Shown here piece by piece: positions 8,868 through 18,493 of a stretch of 64,000 bases of DNA. Location of the stretch: the NCBI GenBank assembly GCA_964566795.1, contig CAZMIU010000002.1, positions 7,965 through 71,964 on the forward strand, read 5' to 3'. The first letter of the stretch is position 1; each line of letters starts with the position of its first letter. Both the position numbers and the translations under genes were made by a program. The notes beneath the pieces are model-generated. The model was not told where the DNA came from. It worked only from the letters and a program-made list of their open reading frames with translations, and ran no database searches. The stretch is from an uncultured Candidatus Saccharibacteria bacterium. GTDB lineage: Bacteria > Patescibacteriota > Minisyncoccia > Phycocordibacterales > SBAW01.

Positions 8868-9482
8868 GTGGTCTTTTGGTATGCTCGCTGCGCTATGGCA
8901 AGACCACCCCGTATCGATGTTGGCGACTGCGTCTATCATGTTTTGAATCGTGCAAATAACCGTGCCAAGATATTCCATACTCAACAGGACTACAAAGATT
9001 TTGAACGCCTACTTTTGGATATGAAAGACATATTCGGCATGCGAATTCTGGCGTACGCACTCATGCCTAACCACTGGCATCTGTTATTGCATCCTCGAAG
9101 TGATAAAGATTTGTCAAAAGCCATGCATTGGCTGACAACTACACATGTGCGTCGGTACCACGCTCGCCGTGATACCGTGGGACATGGGCATATCTATCAA
9201 GGGACATATAAATCCTCTTTGATTCAGAAGGACAAGCATCTTTTAACGGTATTGAAGTACGTCGAGCGTAACGCGGCACGGGCAAAACTATGTAAAAGGG
9301 TCCAGGATTGGGAATGGGGGAGTGCGAGCAAGCGTTTACGCAACCATTCGATACTTGCTGAGCTTCCTGTTGGTCTGCCCAGTGGGTATTTGCAGTGGGT
9401 TAACCAACGCGACCAGGCGGAGGCCCTTAAAGATATACGAGAAAGTATCAATAAAAACTTGGTTCAGCGCAGAATTGGGTGA
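8868..9482 (+). CDS. REP-associated tyrosine transposase (RAYT) / IS200-like Y1 (HuH) transposase
   Basis: YHVLNRANNR...ILAYALMPNHWHLLLHP (HuH motif)...VRRYH...GHIYQGTYKS...VLKYVERNA are hallmarks of the TnpA_REP / Y1_Tnp family. The track start at 8868 is GTG. An in-frame ATG at 8895 (MARPPRIDV) is an alternative start. Confidence 0.75.
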   Translation: MVFWYARCAMARPPRIDVGDCVYHVLNRANNRAKIFHTQQDYKDFERLLLDMKDIFGMRILAYALMPNHWHLLLHPRSDKDLSKAMHWLTTTHVRRYHARRDTVGHGHIYQGTYKSSLIQKDKHLLTVLKYVERNAARAKLCKRVQDWEWGSASKRLRNHSILAELPVGLPSGYLQWVNQRDQAEALKDIRESINKNLVQRRIG

Positions 9483-9525
9483 AATATTAGACCACAAAAA
9501 TTGGAAAATATCGGTGCTTAGCACC
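9482..9525. repeat. 44-bp repeat copy B, identical to copy A and in direct orientation
   Basis: aaatattagaccacaaaaattggaaaatatcggtgcttagcacc starts at the RAYT stop codon. Confidence 0.7.
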
Positions 9526-9632
9526 GGGCTGGACAGAAGTACACATATGCTGTGGAGTGTGTTTTTGCTTTTCAAACATACGCAACCTGCTATGCTCTCC
9601 GCAACCCAAATTGAGACGGGTGAAATACACAT

Positions 9633-11057
9633 ATGCAAAACACCATACGCAGGGCACTTGGAATCTCTTTTATATTTGTCTGTTCGCTTGCTGTGCCTGC
9701 CATGGCCCACGCCTCGGTGGCAATTACTGAGGTGATGTACAACCCGCAGGGCACCGACTCGGGGCGCGAGTGGATAGAGCTGTACAACGATGGCACCGAG
9801 GATGTCACTGTTGTCGGTGGCTCGGGCAAGGACTCGTGGCGTGTTGTAGACTCGGCCAATCATACTATTGTTGACCCGGCAGGCGGCATAGGGCGCGGCA
9901 GCTTGGTTGTACCCGCGGGTGGCTACCTGGTTGTCTCAACTGACCCGTCGGTGTTTGTGGGGGAATACGCAGGCAGCTACTCGGTCGTAAAGTCGTCTCT
10001 CTCGCTTAACAACACCGGCACGACTGTCTCGCTTGTGGACGGCAGTGGTGCAACTATAAGCTCTGTCACGTACGCCTCAAGCCAGGGCGGCAATGACAAC
10101 GGTACGAGCCTGCAACATGCCTCCGGTGCCTGGATACAGGCGCTGCCTACGCCGGGTGCCGCAAACGCGGTGGAGTCTTACGAGCCTCCGAAAGAGGAGA
10201 CAAGCTCAAACACCACCTCGAGCAAGTCGAGTTCTACCTCAAACCCCGGCTATGTGTCGGCGCCACTGCCGCAGGTGTTTGCCAATGCCGGTGGTGATCG
10301 CACGGTTATCGTGGGTGCAGATACCAAGTTTGTGGCCACCGCCTATGACCGCGACAAGGATGTTATCTCGTACGCGAAGTTCTTTTGGAACTTTGGCGAC
10401 GGCACGACCGCGGAGGGCCCGTGGGTGATGCACCACTATAGCTACCCGGGCCGCTACGCTGTGGAGCTCACCATTACCAATACGAGCCTTAGAACCTCGA
10501 GCCGCATTACGGTTACCGCAGAGCCTGCCGCAGTGTCTGTAGAGCCTCTGGCACTCGGCGGTGTGTCTGTTAAGAACAACGCCGGGCACGATCTCGATCT
10601 CTCGTACTGGGTGGTTAAAGAGGGTGAGCATACCTTTGCGCTGCCTGAGTACTCGGTAGTGCTCAAGGGCTCCTCTATAAATATCTCTGCCAAGACTCTG
10701 GGCTTTGAGGCGCACGACCCCAAGCTCATGTATCCGGACGGCAGCGAGGTGCGCGGCTCTGACACCGCAGATACACCACAAGAAGCTGAGCGTTTGTCTG
10801 AGGCGGCCGAGGTTGATGTAGGCTATGCGCCGCTTATACCCGTACCGTTTATAGAGTCACCTCAGACTGAGCCGACAAGCAGCGACTCTACATCTACACC
10901 ACAGCTTGCCGCGGCAGTTATTGAAAGCGGAGTGGCTATGCCGTGGTGGCCGCTCGCAGGCCTTGGGAGCCTTATTGGCGTGGGTATCGCCAGCGTTGTT
11001 GCGGTGCGCCGTAAGCCTGTAACTACAGAGGCGGGGGCGGGGTTTACAATAGAGTAG
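9633..11057 (+). CDS. secreted, C-terminally membrane-anchored surface protein with lamin-tail domain and PKD domain
   Basis: Signal peptide (ISFIFVCSLAVPAMAHA). LTD motif ITEVMYNPQGTDSGREWIELYN. PKD motif FWNFGDGTTAEGPWVMHHYSYPGRYAVELTITN. Ser/Thr-rich linkers. C-terminal TM helix followed by RRKP. Confidence 0.65.
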   Translation: MQNTIRRALGISFIFVCSLAVPAMAHASVAITEVMYNPQGTDSGREWIELYNDGTEDVTVVGGSGKDSWRVVDSANHTIVDPAGGIGRGSLVVPAGGYLVVSTDPSVFVGEYAGSYSVVKSSLSLNNTGTTVSLVDGSGATISSVTYASSQGGNDNGTSLQHASGAWIQALPTPGAANAVESYEPPKEETSSNTTSSKSSSTSNPGYVSAPLPQVFANAGGDRTVIVGADTKFVATAYDRDKDVISYAKFFWNFGDGTTAEGPWVMHHYSYPGRYAVELTITNTSLRTSSRITVTAEPAAVSVEPLALGGVSVKNNAGHDLDLSYWVVKEGEHTFALPEYSVVLKGSSINISAKTLGFEAHDPKLMYPDGSEVRGSDTADTPQEAERLSEAAEVDVGYAPLIPVPFIESPQTEPTSSDSTSTPQLAAAVIESGVAMPWWPLAGLGSLIGVGIASVVAVRRKPVTTEAGAGFTIE

Positions 11058-11908
11058 TGGAAAAGAAACTGATAGTCGTGACCGGCGGAGCCGGCTTTGT
11101 GGGCTCGCATTTATGCGCGCGCCTTGTTGCTATGGGGCATAAGGTCATATCGCTCGACAACTACTTTACGGGTAGCAAAGACAATCATGTAGAGGGTGTG
11201 GAGTACCGTGAGGGCCATACCAAAGACATTGCCAAACACATACAAGAGACGCCCGACATCCTTTATCACCTGGGTGAGTACTCGCGCGTGGAGATAAGCC
11301 TGACTGAACCCGCGCTTGTGTGGGATCTAAACAAAGACGGCACGTTTGGAGTGCTGGAGTTTTGGCGGAGAAAGAAATGCAAGCTGGTGTACGCTGGCTC
11401 TTCGACCAAGTTTGGCGACGGGGGGTTGGCTCGCGTAAGTACTCCTTATGCATGGACAAAAGCAAGCAACACTGAGTTGGTGCAAAATTATGGTCGCTGG
11501 TACAGCTTGCCGTACGCGATTACATACTTTTATAACGTGTATGGGCCGGGCGAACGTGAGGGTAAATATGGCACCGTTATAGAAATTTTTAAACAAAAGA
11601 AGTTGCGCGGGGAGCCGCTGGGCGTGACAGCGCCGGGTACGCAAAAGCGCAACTTTACGCACGTTGATGATATTGTCGATGGGCTTGTGCTTGTAGGCGA
11701 GAGGGGAGAGGGAGACGAGTTTGGTTTGGGTAGTGAGCAGGCGTACTCGATACTTGAGGTGGCAGGGATGTTTGGGGGGGCCATAGAGATGCGCCCCGAG
11801 GCGCAGGGCAACCGCATGGAATCTGCACTTGATACGACAAAGTCCAGAGCACTTGGTTGGACGCCCAAGTGGAGCCTTACAGATTATATTAAGGGCAGTA
11901 CTCTCTAG
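11057..11908 (+). CDS. NAD-dependent epimerase/dehydratase (extended SDR; UDP-sugar epimerase or decarboxylase-like)
   Basis: TGGAGFVGSHL glycine-rich NAD motif and catalytic YAWTK (YxxxK). Confidence 0.8.
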   Translation: MEKKLIVVTGGAGFVGSHLCARLVAMGHKVISLDNYFTGSKDNHVEGVEYREGHTKDIAKHIQETPDILYHLGEYSRVEISLTEPALVWDLNKDGTFGVLEFWRRKKCKLVYAGSSTKFGDGGLARVSTPYAWTKASNTELVQNYGRWYSLPYAITYFYNVYGPGEREGKYGTVIEIFKQKKLRGEPLGVTAPGTQKRNFTHVDDIVDGLVLVGERGEGDEFGLGSEQAYSILEVAGMFGGAIEMRPEAQGNRMESALDTTKSRALGWTPKWSLTDYIKGSTL

Positions 11909-11910
11909 CC

Positions 11911-13110
11911 ATGAAGCGGGTCCTCATATTTTCTCTGGGGTATTTCCCCAAACATGTGGGCGGGGCAGAGGTCGCTATAAAGGAAAAGACCGACCGCATA
12001 CAGGACATTGAGTTCCACATGGTTACGCTGCGCTACGACTCGACTTTGCCTAAGGTGGAGAAGGTGGGCAATGTGCTTGTACACCGCATTGGGTTTGCCA
12101 AGTCCAACGCTACTATGGCGGACTTAAAGAAGTTCCCGCTCCACTACAACAAGTATCTTTTTCAGTTTATGGCGGCTTTCAAGGCTTTGTCTTTGCACCG
12201 CAAGTATACATACGACGCTATATGGGCGATGATGGCGCACTCGTGCGCAGTGCCAGCCGCGTTGTTTAAACTTTGTAAGCCCTCGGTTCCGTATATCTTG
12301 GAACTCCAGGAGGGCGACCCGCCTGAGTATATTGAAAGGCTTATGCGTCCGTTGTGGCCGCTATTTTCACGAGGGTTTACCAGCGCCCAGGTTGTTTCAG
12401 TCATTTCGACATTCCTCGGCAATTGGGCAAAACGCCGGGGCTTTAAAGGCCCTGTCGAGCTGGTGCCCAACGCGGTTAACACCAGGCATTTTTCACAGGA
12501 GTATCCGCAGTCTGAGCTCGATGAGCTTAAGAAAAATCTCGGCAAGAAGGACGGCGATGTGTTTGTGATTACGACCTCGCGCCTTGTGCACAAAAATGCG
12601 ATTGATGATGTGATACGTGCACTTAAGGAGTTGCCGGAGAATATTTATTTTCTTGTACTTGGTATTGGTCCTGACGAAGAGACGTTAAAAAAACTTGCGC
12701 AAAGCGAGGGCGTTGAGAACCGCGTAAAATGGATTGGCCAGGTTGACCATAAGGACATGCCCAAGTATCTCAAAATCTCGGATATCTTTACCCGCCCATC
12801 GAGGTCCGAGGGCATGGGCAACTCGTTTATCGAGGCCTTTGCAGCCGGGTTGCCGGTCATTGCTACGCAGGAAGGCGGCATCGCAGACTTTTTGTTTGAT
12901 AAGAAGCGTAACCCGGATAAACCAACAACTGGTTGGGCCGTGGACAAGGATTCGCCTACACAAATTGCCAGGGCAGTGGGCGAGATTTTAGGTAACCCGC
13001 AGGGGACTGCCGCAGTTGTAAAAACAGCCCAAGAATTGGCGCAAACCCGCTACGACTGGGACTTGATAGCCAAGGATATGCGAGAGTGCGTATTTTCTAA
13101 GGTTTTGTAA
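11911..13110 (+). CDS. glycosyltransferase family 4 (GT-B, retaining)
   Basis: C-terminal RSEGMGNSFIEAFAAGLPVIAT (E-x7-E motif). 399 aa. Confidence 0.8.
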   Translation: MKRVLIFSLGYFPKHVGGAEVAIKEKTDRIQDIEFHMVTLRYDSTLPKVEKVGNVLVHRIGFAKSNATMADLKKFPLHYNKYLFQFMAAFKALSLHRKYTYDAIWAMMAHSCAVPAALFKLCKPSVPYILELQEGDPPEYIERLMRPLWPLFSRGFTSAQVVSVISTFLGNWAKRRGFKGPVELVPNAVNTRHFSQEYPQSELDELKKNLGKKDGDVFVITTSRLVHKNAIDDVIRALKELPENIYFLVLGIGPDEETLKKLAQSEGVENRVKWIGQVDHKDMPKYLKISDIFTRPSRSEGMGNSFIEAFAAGLPVIATQEGGIADFLFDKKRNPDKPTTGWAVDKDSPTQIARAVGEILGNPQGTAAVVKTAQELAQTRYDWDLIAKDMRECVFSKVL

Positions 13111-13433
13111 AGCCGGGGGTAGGGTGTGGATAACTTTTGACAAGGCTAGGGGAGCGTGTTCTCGTACGACCGAGGTGTCGCAAAATCTCGGCAAGCTTCA
13201 GGTTCGACCTTCAGGTTGTGTGCTGCTGCGAGAATGCTGTTCAAAAGCCCTTAGCCCCACGTTTTATAGTCGCTCTGCTCCTTAAAACGCGGCGCGCCCC
13301 CGCCTGGGCTTTTGCACAACATTCGTCGCATCCGCTCAACCCGCATACCTGACTCCCCTGTTTTTTATTACTAAAATTCCCCTGCCCGACTTCCCTGTCT
13401 TGTACAATTAAGGAGTTAGGAAGGGCCACCGTC

Positions 13434-14432
13434 ATGACCATACTTATCGCTACAGGCCTGTTTCCCCCCGAGTCCGGGGGTCCTGCTACGTACTCCAAGC
13501 TCTTGCTCGACAAGCTGCCGGCGCTCGGGATTGAGGTTAAAGTTTTGCCGTTTAGTACGGTGAGGCACCTGCCAAAGGTAGTGCGGCATGCGGCCTACTT
13601 TGTTAAATGCCTGAGGCAGGCAAGAGGCGTGAGCATTATTTACGCCCAAGACCCGGTGTCGGTCGGATTTCCGGCGTACCTCGCTGCCCTACTTATGGGT
13701 AAAAAGTTTATGGTGCGGTTGGGAGGCGATTATGCCTGGGAGCAGGCACGCCAGCGCCACGGCATAACAGACGAGCTCGACGAGTTCCAAACTAAGCGCT
13801 ATGGCCTGCGTACCGAGGCCCTGCGTAGCGTGCAGCGCTTTGTCGTAAGGCGCGCCAGGGCGGTGGTGGTGCCCAGCGAGTATATGAAAGGGATTGTGGA
13901 CAAGTGGACTAAGCCTAAAAAAGTGCACCGTATCTACTCGAGCATTAACCTTACACCGCCTACACAGATGCCAGCTGATAGGCCGGATGGCTTTCTTGTG
14001 CTCTCATTTGGCCGCGACGTGCCTTGGAAAGGGTTTGAGGCACTCAAGCAGGTTGTGTCGCGCGAGCCTTCCTGGCATATAAAAATATTTAGCGAGCTCC
14101 CCTACCCACAAGCCATGGGCTGGCTTAAGTCGGCGGACGTGTACGTTAATAACTCGACCTACGAGGGGCTCTCACACCAGCTTGTGGAGGCGTTTGCGCT
14201 TGGCACACCGGTTGTTGCTACAAACGTAGGCGGCAACCCGGAGCTTGTGACACCTGAGACCGGGATACTTGTGCCGGCCAAAGATACTGACGCGCTCTAT
14301 AGGGCGCTTAAAAACATCCACGACAATAAAGAGGAGGCGCGGGCACGGGCCGCTAGGGCGCAGGAGCGGGCCCGTGACTTTTCCATGGGCAAAGCCATTA
14401 ACGATATTGCGGCACTGATCAAAACTGTATGA
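13434..14432 (+). CDS. glycosyltransferase family 4
   Basis: STYEGLSHQLVEAFALGTPVVATNVGGNPELV GT4 C-terminal motif. Confidence 0.8.
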   Translation: MTILIATGLFPPESGGPATYSKLLLDKLPALGIEVKVLPFSTVRHLPKVVRHAAYFVKCLRQARGVSIIYAQDPVSVGFPAYLAALLMGKKFMVRLGGDYAWEQARQRHGITDELDEFQTKRYGLRTEALRSVQRFVVRRARAVVVPSEYMKGIVDKWTKPKKVHRIYSSINLTPPTQMPADRPDGFLVLSFGRDVPWKGFEALKQVVSREPSWHIKIFSELPYPQAMGWLKSADVYVNNSTYEGLSHQLVEAFALGTPVVATNVGGNPELVTPETGILVPAKDTDALYRALKNIHDNKEEARARAARAQERARDFSMGKAINDIAALIKTV

Positions 14433-15385
14433 AAGTGCTCATGATAACCGGCGACAAACGCATGCTCGAGCCCGGTACCGAGGCTCATGAGCGCTACCTG
14501 CTCCAAAAAGGCCAGGTTGATGAGCTCAGGGTATTTGTCTGGGGCCCGCGCAACGTACTGAGCGCGTTTGGCATACTCACTGCGGCGCTCTCCAAAGACT
14601 ACGACGTTGTCTCCACACAGGACGCGCTGTGGCGCGGGCTCTTGGGGCTTGTGGTGGCAAGGCTTGCCGGCAGCACTCTGCAGGTACAGGTGCATGGCGA
14701 CCTCATGGCAGTGGGTCCTGTGGGGCATATGCTTATGCAGATTGTGTTGTGGCACGCCGACGTGGTGCGCGTTGTGTCCGCGCGCATCAAAGCCCAGGTA
14801 GAGGAGGTTGGTACGCGCGCCACAGTGCACATACTCCCCGTCTATATTGATGCCGATACCATACGCCGCGCCCCTGCCGCTGATATTAAAAAGGAGTTCC
14901 CCCAGTTTGGTAAAACAGTCCTGTTTGTCGGGCGCCTGGAGACCGAGAAGAACTGCGCCGACGCGATACGCGTCTTTGCCGACGTGGTGCGCGAGTTCCC
15001 GGGGGCCGGGCTTATTATTGCGGGCGACGGCTCTAAGCGCGCCTCGCTAGAGACTCTGGTTGGCAACTTTGGCTTGGGAGGCCACGTTATATTTGCCGGG
15101 TATCGCACAGATACCTATTCTTTATATAAGGCGGTCGATTGCATGCTCGTTACCTCTTTGTACGAGAGCTGGGGCGCGGCGATGGTTGAGGCGCTGGAGG
15201 CCGGCTGCCCCGTGGTGGCGCCGGATGTGGGCGCTGCTCTGGAGGCCGGCGCTACTGTTGTTAAACGCGAGGCGCTGGGGGACGCTGTCATCAACGTACT
15301 ACGCAGTGGTGCGCGCGGCCGGTTGCGGTTTATCTTACCGGGCAAGGAGGAGTGGGCGAGACGCTGGAAGGAGACACTGCAATGA
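14429..15385 (+). CDS. glycosyltransferase family 4
   Basis: SLYESWGAAMVEALEAGCPVVAPDVG motif. Start overlaps the previous stop (ATGA coupling). Confidence 0.75.
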   Translation: MKVLMITGDKRMLEPGTEAHERYLLQKGQVDELRVFVWGPRNVLSAFGILTAALSKDYDVVSTQDALWRGLLGLVVARLAGSTLQVQVHGDLMAVGPVGHMLMQIVLWHADVVRVVSARIKAQVEEVGTRATVHILPVYIDADTIRRAPAADIKKEFPQFGKTVLFVGRLETEKNCADAIRVFADVVREFPGAGLIIAGDGSKRASLETLVGNFGLGGHVIFAGYRTDTYSLYKAVDCMLVTSLYESWGAAMVEALEAGCPVVAPDVGAALEAGATVVKREALGDAVINVLRSGARGRLRFILPGKEEWARRWKETLQ

Positions 15386-16272
15386 AGCTACTGATAACAA
15401 CACAGGCTCTCGATACGAAAGACCCAATCCTTGGGTTTTTTGTCCGGTGGGTGGAGGAGTTTGCCAAACACTGCGAGCAGGTGACAGTCATTTGCCTTAG
15501 AAAAGGCGAGTACACACTGCCCCAAAATGTGCGCGTCTTTGCATTAGGCGGCGGCAACAAGATTACGCGCACATACAAACTCTTGCGCGGCGCGTACAAG
15601 TTCCGCCACAACTACGACGCCGTGTTTGTGCATATGAACCCGGAGTATTTGGTGGCCGCAGGCTTTCTCTGGCGACTACTCAAGAAGCGCACCGTGCTGT
15701 GGTACACGCACAAGAGCGTCGACTTTAAACTGCGCGTGGCCGCACACCATGTAAACGCCATACTCACCGCCTCCAAAGAAAGCTTTAGACTCCCCTCGCC
15801 TAAACTGCGCGTTGTGGGCCACGGCATAGACACCAGCTTCTTTTCTCCCGACCCGTCAGTCCCCCGCGGTACGCATGCTCTCTCAGTAGGCAGGCTTAAT
15901 CCTGCCAAGCGGCACGACCTTGCTGTACGCCAGGCCCATGAGGCCGGTGTGGAGCTTCGTATAGCGGGCGACGGACCGGAGCGCCCAAAGCTTGAGGCGC
16001 TGGCGCACGAGCTTAACGCAAAGGTAGTTTTTTTGGGTGCGCTCACACAAACTCAGTTGCGCGATGAGTATCGCCGCGCCGCGTACATGATACACACCAG
16101 CGAGACGGGCAGTTTAGACAAGGTGGTACTCGAGGCACTGGCATGCGGCTGCCCGGTGCGCACTAACGACCCGGCGCTGAAGTTTATGGAATCAAAGGGC
16201 CCCGAGTACGTACAAAAGGAGCACTCGCTTCCTACATTAATTACGCGCATACTAGGGGTACTTCATGGCTAA
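15382..16272 (+). CDS. glycosyltransferase group 1 (GT4-like)
   Basis: SETGSLDKVVLEALACGCPV motif. The ATG at 15382 overlaps the upstream TGA. The track ORF begins earlier at GTG 15352. Confidence 0.7.
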   Translation: MKLLITTQALDTKDPILGFFVRWVEEFAKHCEQVTVICLRKGEYTLPQNVRVFALGGGNKITRTYKLLRGAYKFRHNYDAVFVHMNPEYLVAAGFLWRLLKKRTVLWYTHKSVDFKLRVAAHHVNAILTASKESFRLPSPKLRVVGHGIDTSFFSPDPSVPRGTHALSVGRLNPAKRHDLAVRQAHEAGVELRIAGDGPERPKLEALAHELNAKVVFLGALTQTQLRDEYRRAAYMIHTSETGSLDKVVLEALACGCPVRTNDPALKFMESKGPEYVQKEHSLPTLITRILGVLHG

Positions 16273-16888
16273 CTACACACCCCAGGTAGATAAATCGCAT
16301 TACGGCGCCTCCTATCGCAGTTTGGATCGCTGGCTTTCCTACTATCACCAACTCGCCTTGGTGCGTGCGCAAAAACCCGCATCGGTCCTTGAGGTGGGCC
16401 CGGGCGAGGGTGTGGTTACAGACACGTTGCGCAAAGACGGGGTGAGGGTGGTTACCTGCGATATTGCAGAGGATCTTAAGCCGGATGTGGTTGGCTCTGT
16501 CACGGCACTGCCATGTAAAGACGGGGAGTTTGATCTGGCGTTGGCGGCGGAGATACTTGAGCATATTGAGTTTAGTGATGTGCCAAAGGCTTTAAGCGAG
16601 CTTGCACGCGTTGCAAGTAAACACGTTGTTATCTCGCTCCCGCATCCGGGCCTGGTATTTTCTTTGGCATTTAAACTGCCGCTTCTTAGACGTGTTGAGC
16701 TGTGGTTTCAAATCCCGCTGTTTTGGCAGACGCACCGCTTTAACGGCGAGCACTACTGGGAGCTTGGCAAGCGCGGCTACCCGGTGAGCCGGTTTGTTTT
16801 GTGTGCAAAAGAGGCGGGGCTCACGCTCCATAAGACAATTAAGCATGCAGACGACCCTGTGCATCGCCTCTTTGTGTTTACAAAATAA
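16265..16888 (+). CDS. class I SAM-dependent methyltransferase
   Basis: Motif I VLEVGPGEGVV, acidic motif II (CDIAED), motif III (LAAEILEHI). Confidence 0.7.
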   Translation: MANYTPQVDKSHYGASYRSLDRWLSYYHQLALVRAQKPASVLEVGPGEGVVTDTLRKDGVRVVTCDIAEDLKPDVVGSVTALPCKDGEFDLALAAEILEHIEFSDVPKALSELARVASKHVVISLPHPGLVFSLAFKLPLLRRVELWFQIPLFWQTHRFNGEHYWELGKRGYPVSRFVLCAKEAGLTLHKTIKHADDPVHRLFVFTK

Positions 16889-16890
16889 CC

Positions 16891-17661
16891 ATGAGCACGT
16901 TCCCCACACTCTTTAAACAAGCTCTCAAGCAGGCGTGCCTTTTTGTGCGCGACATACTCGCGCCCTTCTCCAGTGCGCCGGAGGTGGCCATATTGTGCTA
17001 TCACTCCGTGAGCGAGAGCGAGCACCCCACGGCCGTGCGCCCGAGCGCACTCGAGGCGCACCTGAGTTTTTTACAAAGGATGGGGCACAGCTTTGTGTCT
17101 TTGGAGGATATCGCGCAGTGGCAGGATGGCAGTAAGGCACTGCCGCAAAAGGCTGTAGCGCTTACCTTTGACGACGGGTACGCCGACTTTGAGACCACGG
17201 TAGTGCCGCTTCTGAAAAAGTTTAACGCGCCTGCCACTGTCTTTGTGATAGGCGAGGTGGGCGAGGCGCAGTACCGCGTGGACTCTGAGCCGTTTATGAC
17301 ACCGGAGGCACTCGCGCGCATTGCACAAGAGCCCTTGGTAGAGATTGGATATCACACGCGCACGCATCCTAATTTAGACGACATGGCAGAGTATCAATTG
17401 GCCGCCGAAGTGACTCCCCCGCCGGGTACCCGGTTTTTTGCCTACCCGGGCGGGCACCACTCGCACGATGCGGTGCGCGCAATAGAGCGGGCAGGGTATA
17501 CGGCCGCTTATACGATACGCCCCACGTTGGTACAAAAAGACAGCGACCGCTACCTTATGCCGCGCAGTGTTGTGCTTAGCGGTATGCGCCCATGGCAGCT
17601 GAGGTTTGCCGCCACCCGCGCCTGTGCTTGGTACATGGCGCTCAGAGGCAAACTTATATGA
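16891..17661 (+). CDS. polysaccharide deacetylase (CE4 / NodB-homology domain)
   Basis: LTFDDGY motif 1 and downstream His motifs (GYHTRTHP). Confidence 0.75.
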   Translation: MSTFPTLFKQALKQACLFVRDILAPFSSAPEVAILCYHSVSESEHPTAVRPSALEAHLSFLQRMGHSFVSLEDIAQWQDGSKALPQKAVALTFDDGYADFETTVVPLLKKFNAPATVFVIGEVGEAQYRVDSEPFMTPEALARIAQEPLVEIGYHTRTHPNLDDMAEYQLAAEVTPPPGTRFFAYPGGHHSHDAVRAIERAGYTAAYTIRPTLVQKDSDRYLMPRSVVLSGMRPWQLRFAATRACAWYMALRGKLI

Positions 17662-18470
17662 AGATACAGGCCTCGGTAGGGATACTGACATTTAACTCCG
17701 GGGAGACTTTGCGCCGCGCATTGGAGAGTGTGCGCGACTTTGACGACATTGTGCTGTGCGACGGCGGCTCCACCGACGACACGCTCGCTATTGCCGAGGA
17801 GTTTGGCGTGCGTGTGGTGCAGCAGGATGCGCGCTACAAACACGCAGACGGGAAGCTTAGGGATTATGGCGGCGTGCGCAATCAGTGCTTACATGCAGCC
17901 AGGCACGACTGGTTTTTATATATAGACTCCGACGAGACTGCCTCCCCCGGCCTGTGCGAGGAAATCCGCATGGCAGTGCAAAAACAGGAGCCGCTGGTGT
18001 ACCGCGTACCCATTGGCATCATGATGGACGGCCGCTATATAAAGTACTCGAGCAACTATCCGGGCTACCAGACCAGGTTTTTTAACAAACGCTCGGGTGC
18101 GCACTTTATACGCACGGTACACGAGCGCATAGAGTACTTGCCCCAAAGCATAGGGACCTTTAAGCAGCCTTGGTATGTGCACACCACGCGCGCCTACTGG
18201 CTTAACTACATTAAAGAGACAGCCGGGTACAGACCGCTTGAGGTTGAGCGCTCGTGCAAGGCTCCGTTGTGGCAATTTTTGCGCCATGGTGTGTTGCATG
18301 GGCTTAGGGTCTCGTTTGGTGTGGTCTTTAGGGCTTCATACTTGTACGGGCTCCACGGGTTTAAAGACACGCTGCCCTGGCAGGGTGAGTTTGGCCGTGC
18401 CATGGCTCCCCTGGTGCTTCTCTCTCAGGTTATACGGTGCAGGGCAAGACGCTTGCTTGCGCCCAAGTAG
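17658..18470 (+). CDS. glycosyltransferase family 2
   Basis: VGILTFNSGETL...DGGSTDDT...IDSDE (DxD) GT-A motifs. The ATG overlaps the upstream stop (ATGA). Confidence 0.7.
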   Translation: MKIQASVGILTFNSGETLRRALESVRDFDDIVLCDGGSTDDTLAIAEEFGVRVVQQDARYKHADGKLRDYGGVRNQCLHAARHDWFLYIDSDETASPGLCEEIRMAVQKQEPLVYRVPIGIMMDGRYIKYSSNYPGYQTRFFNKRSGAHFIRTVHERIEYLPQSIGTFKQPWYVHTTRAYWLNYIKETAGYRPLEVERSCKAPLWQFLRHGVLHGLRVSFGVVFRASYLYGLHGFKDTLPWQGEFGRAMAPLVLLSQVIRCRARRLLAPK

Positions 18471-18493
18471 GTGCTTTTGTAGGGTACAGGTGC

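Larger units (their letters stand above)
8807..9525. mobile_element. REPtron-like unit: RAYT gene bracketed by identical palindrome-containing 44-bp direct repeats
   Basis: Transposase family assignment plus exact flanking repeats. No target-site duplication could be verified. Confidence 0.45.

Noticed and set aside
13200-13240. tRNA-like GGTTCGA (T-loop) motif in the 13111-13433 gap
   Set aside because: No acceptor stem, D-arm or anticodon arm could be folded around it. This is an isolated motif only.
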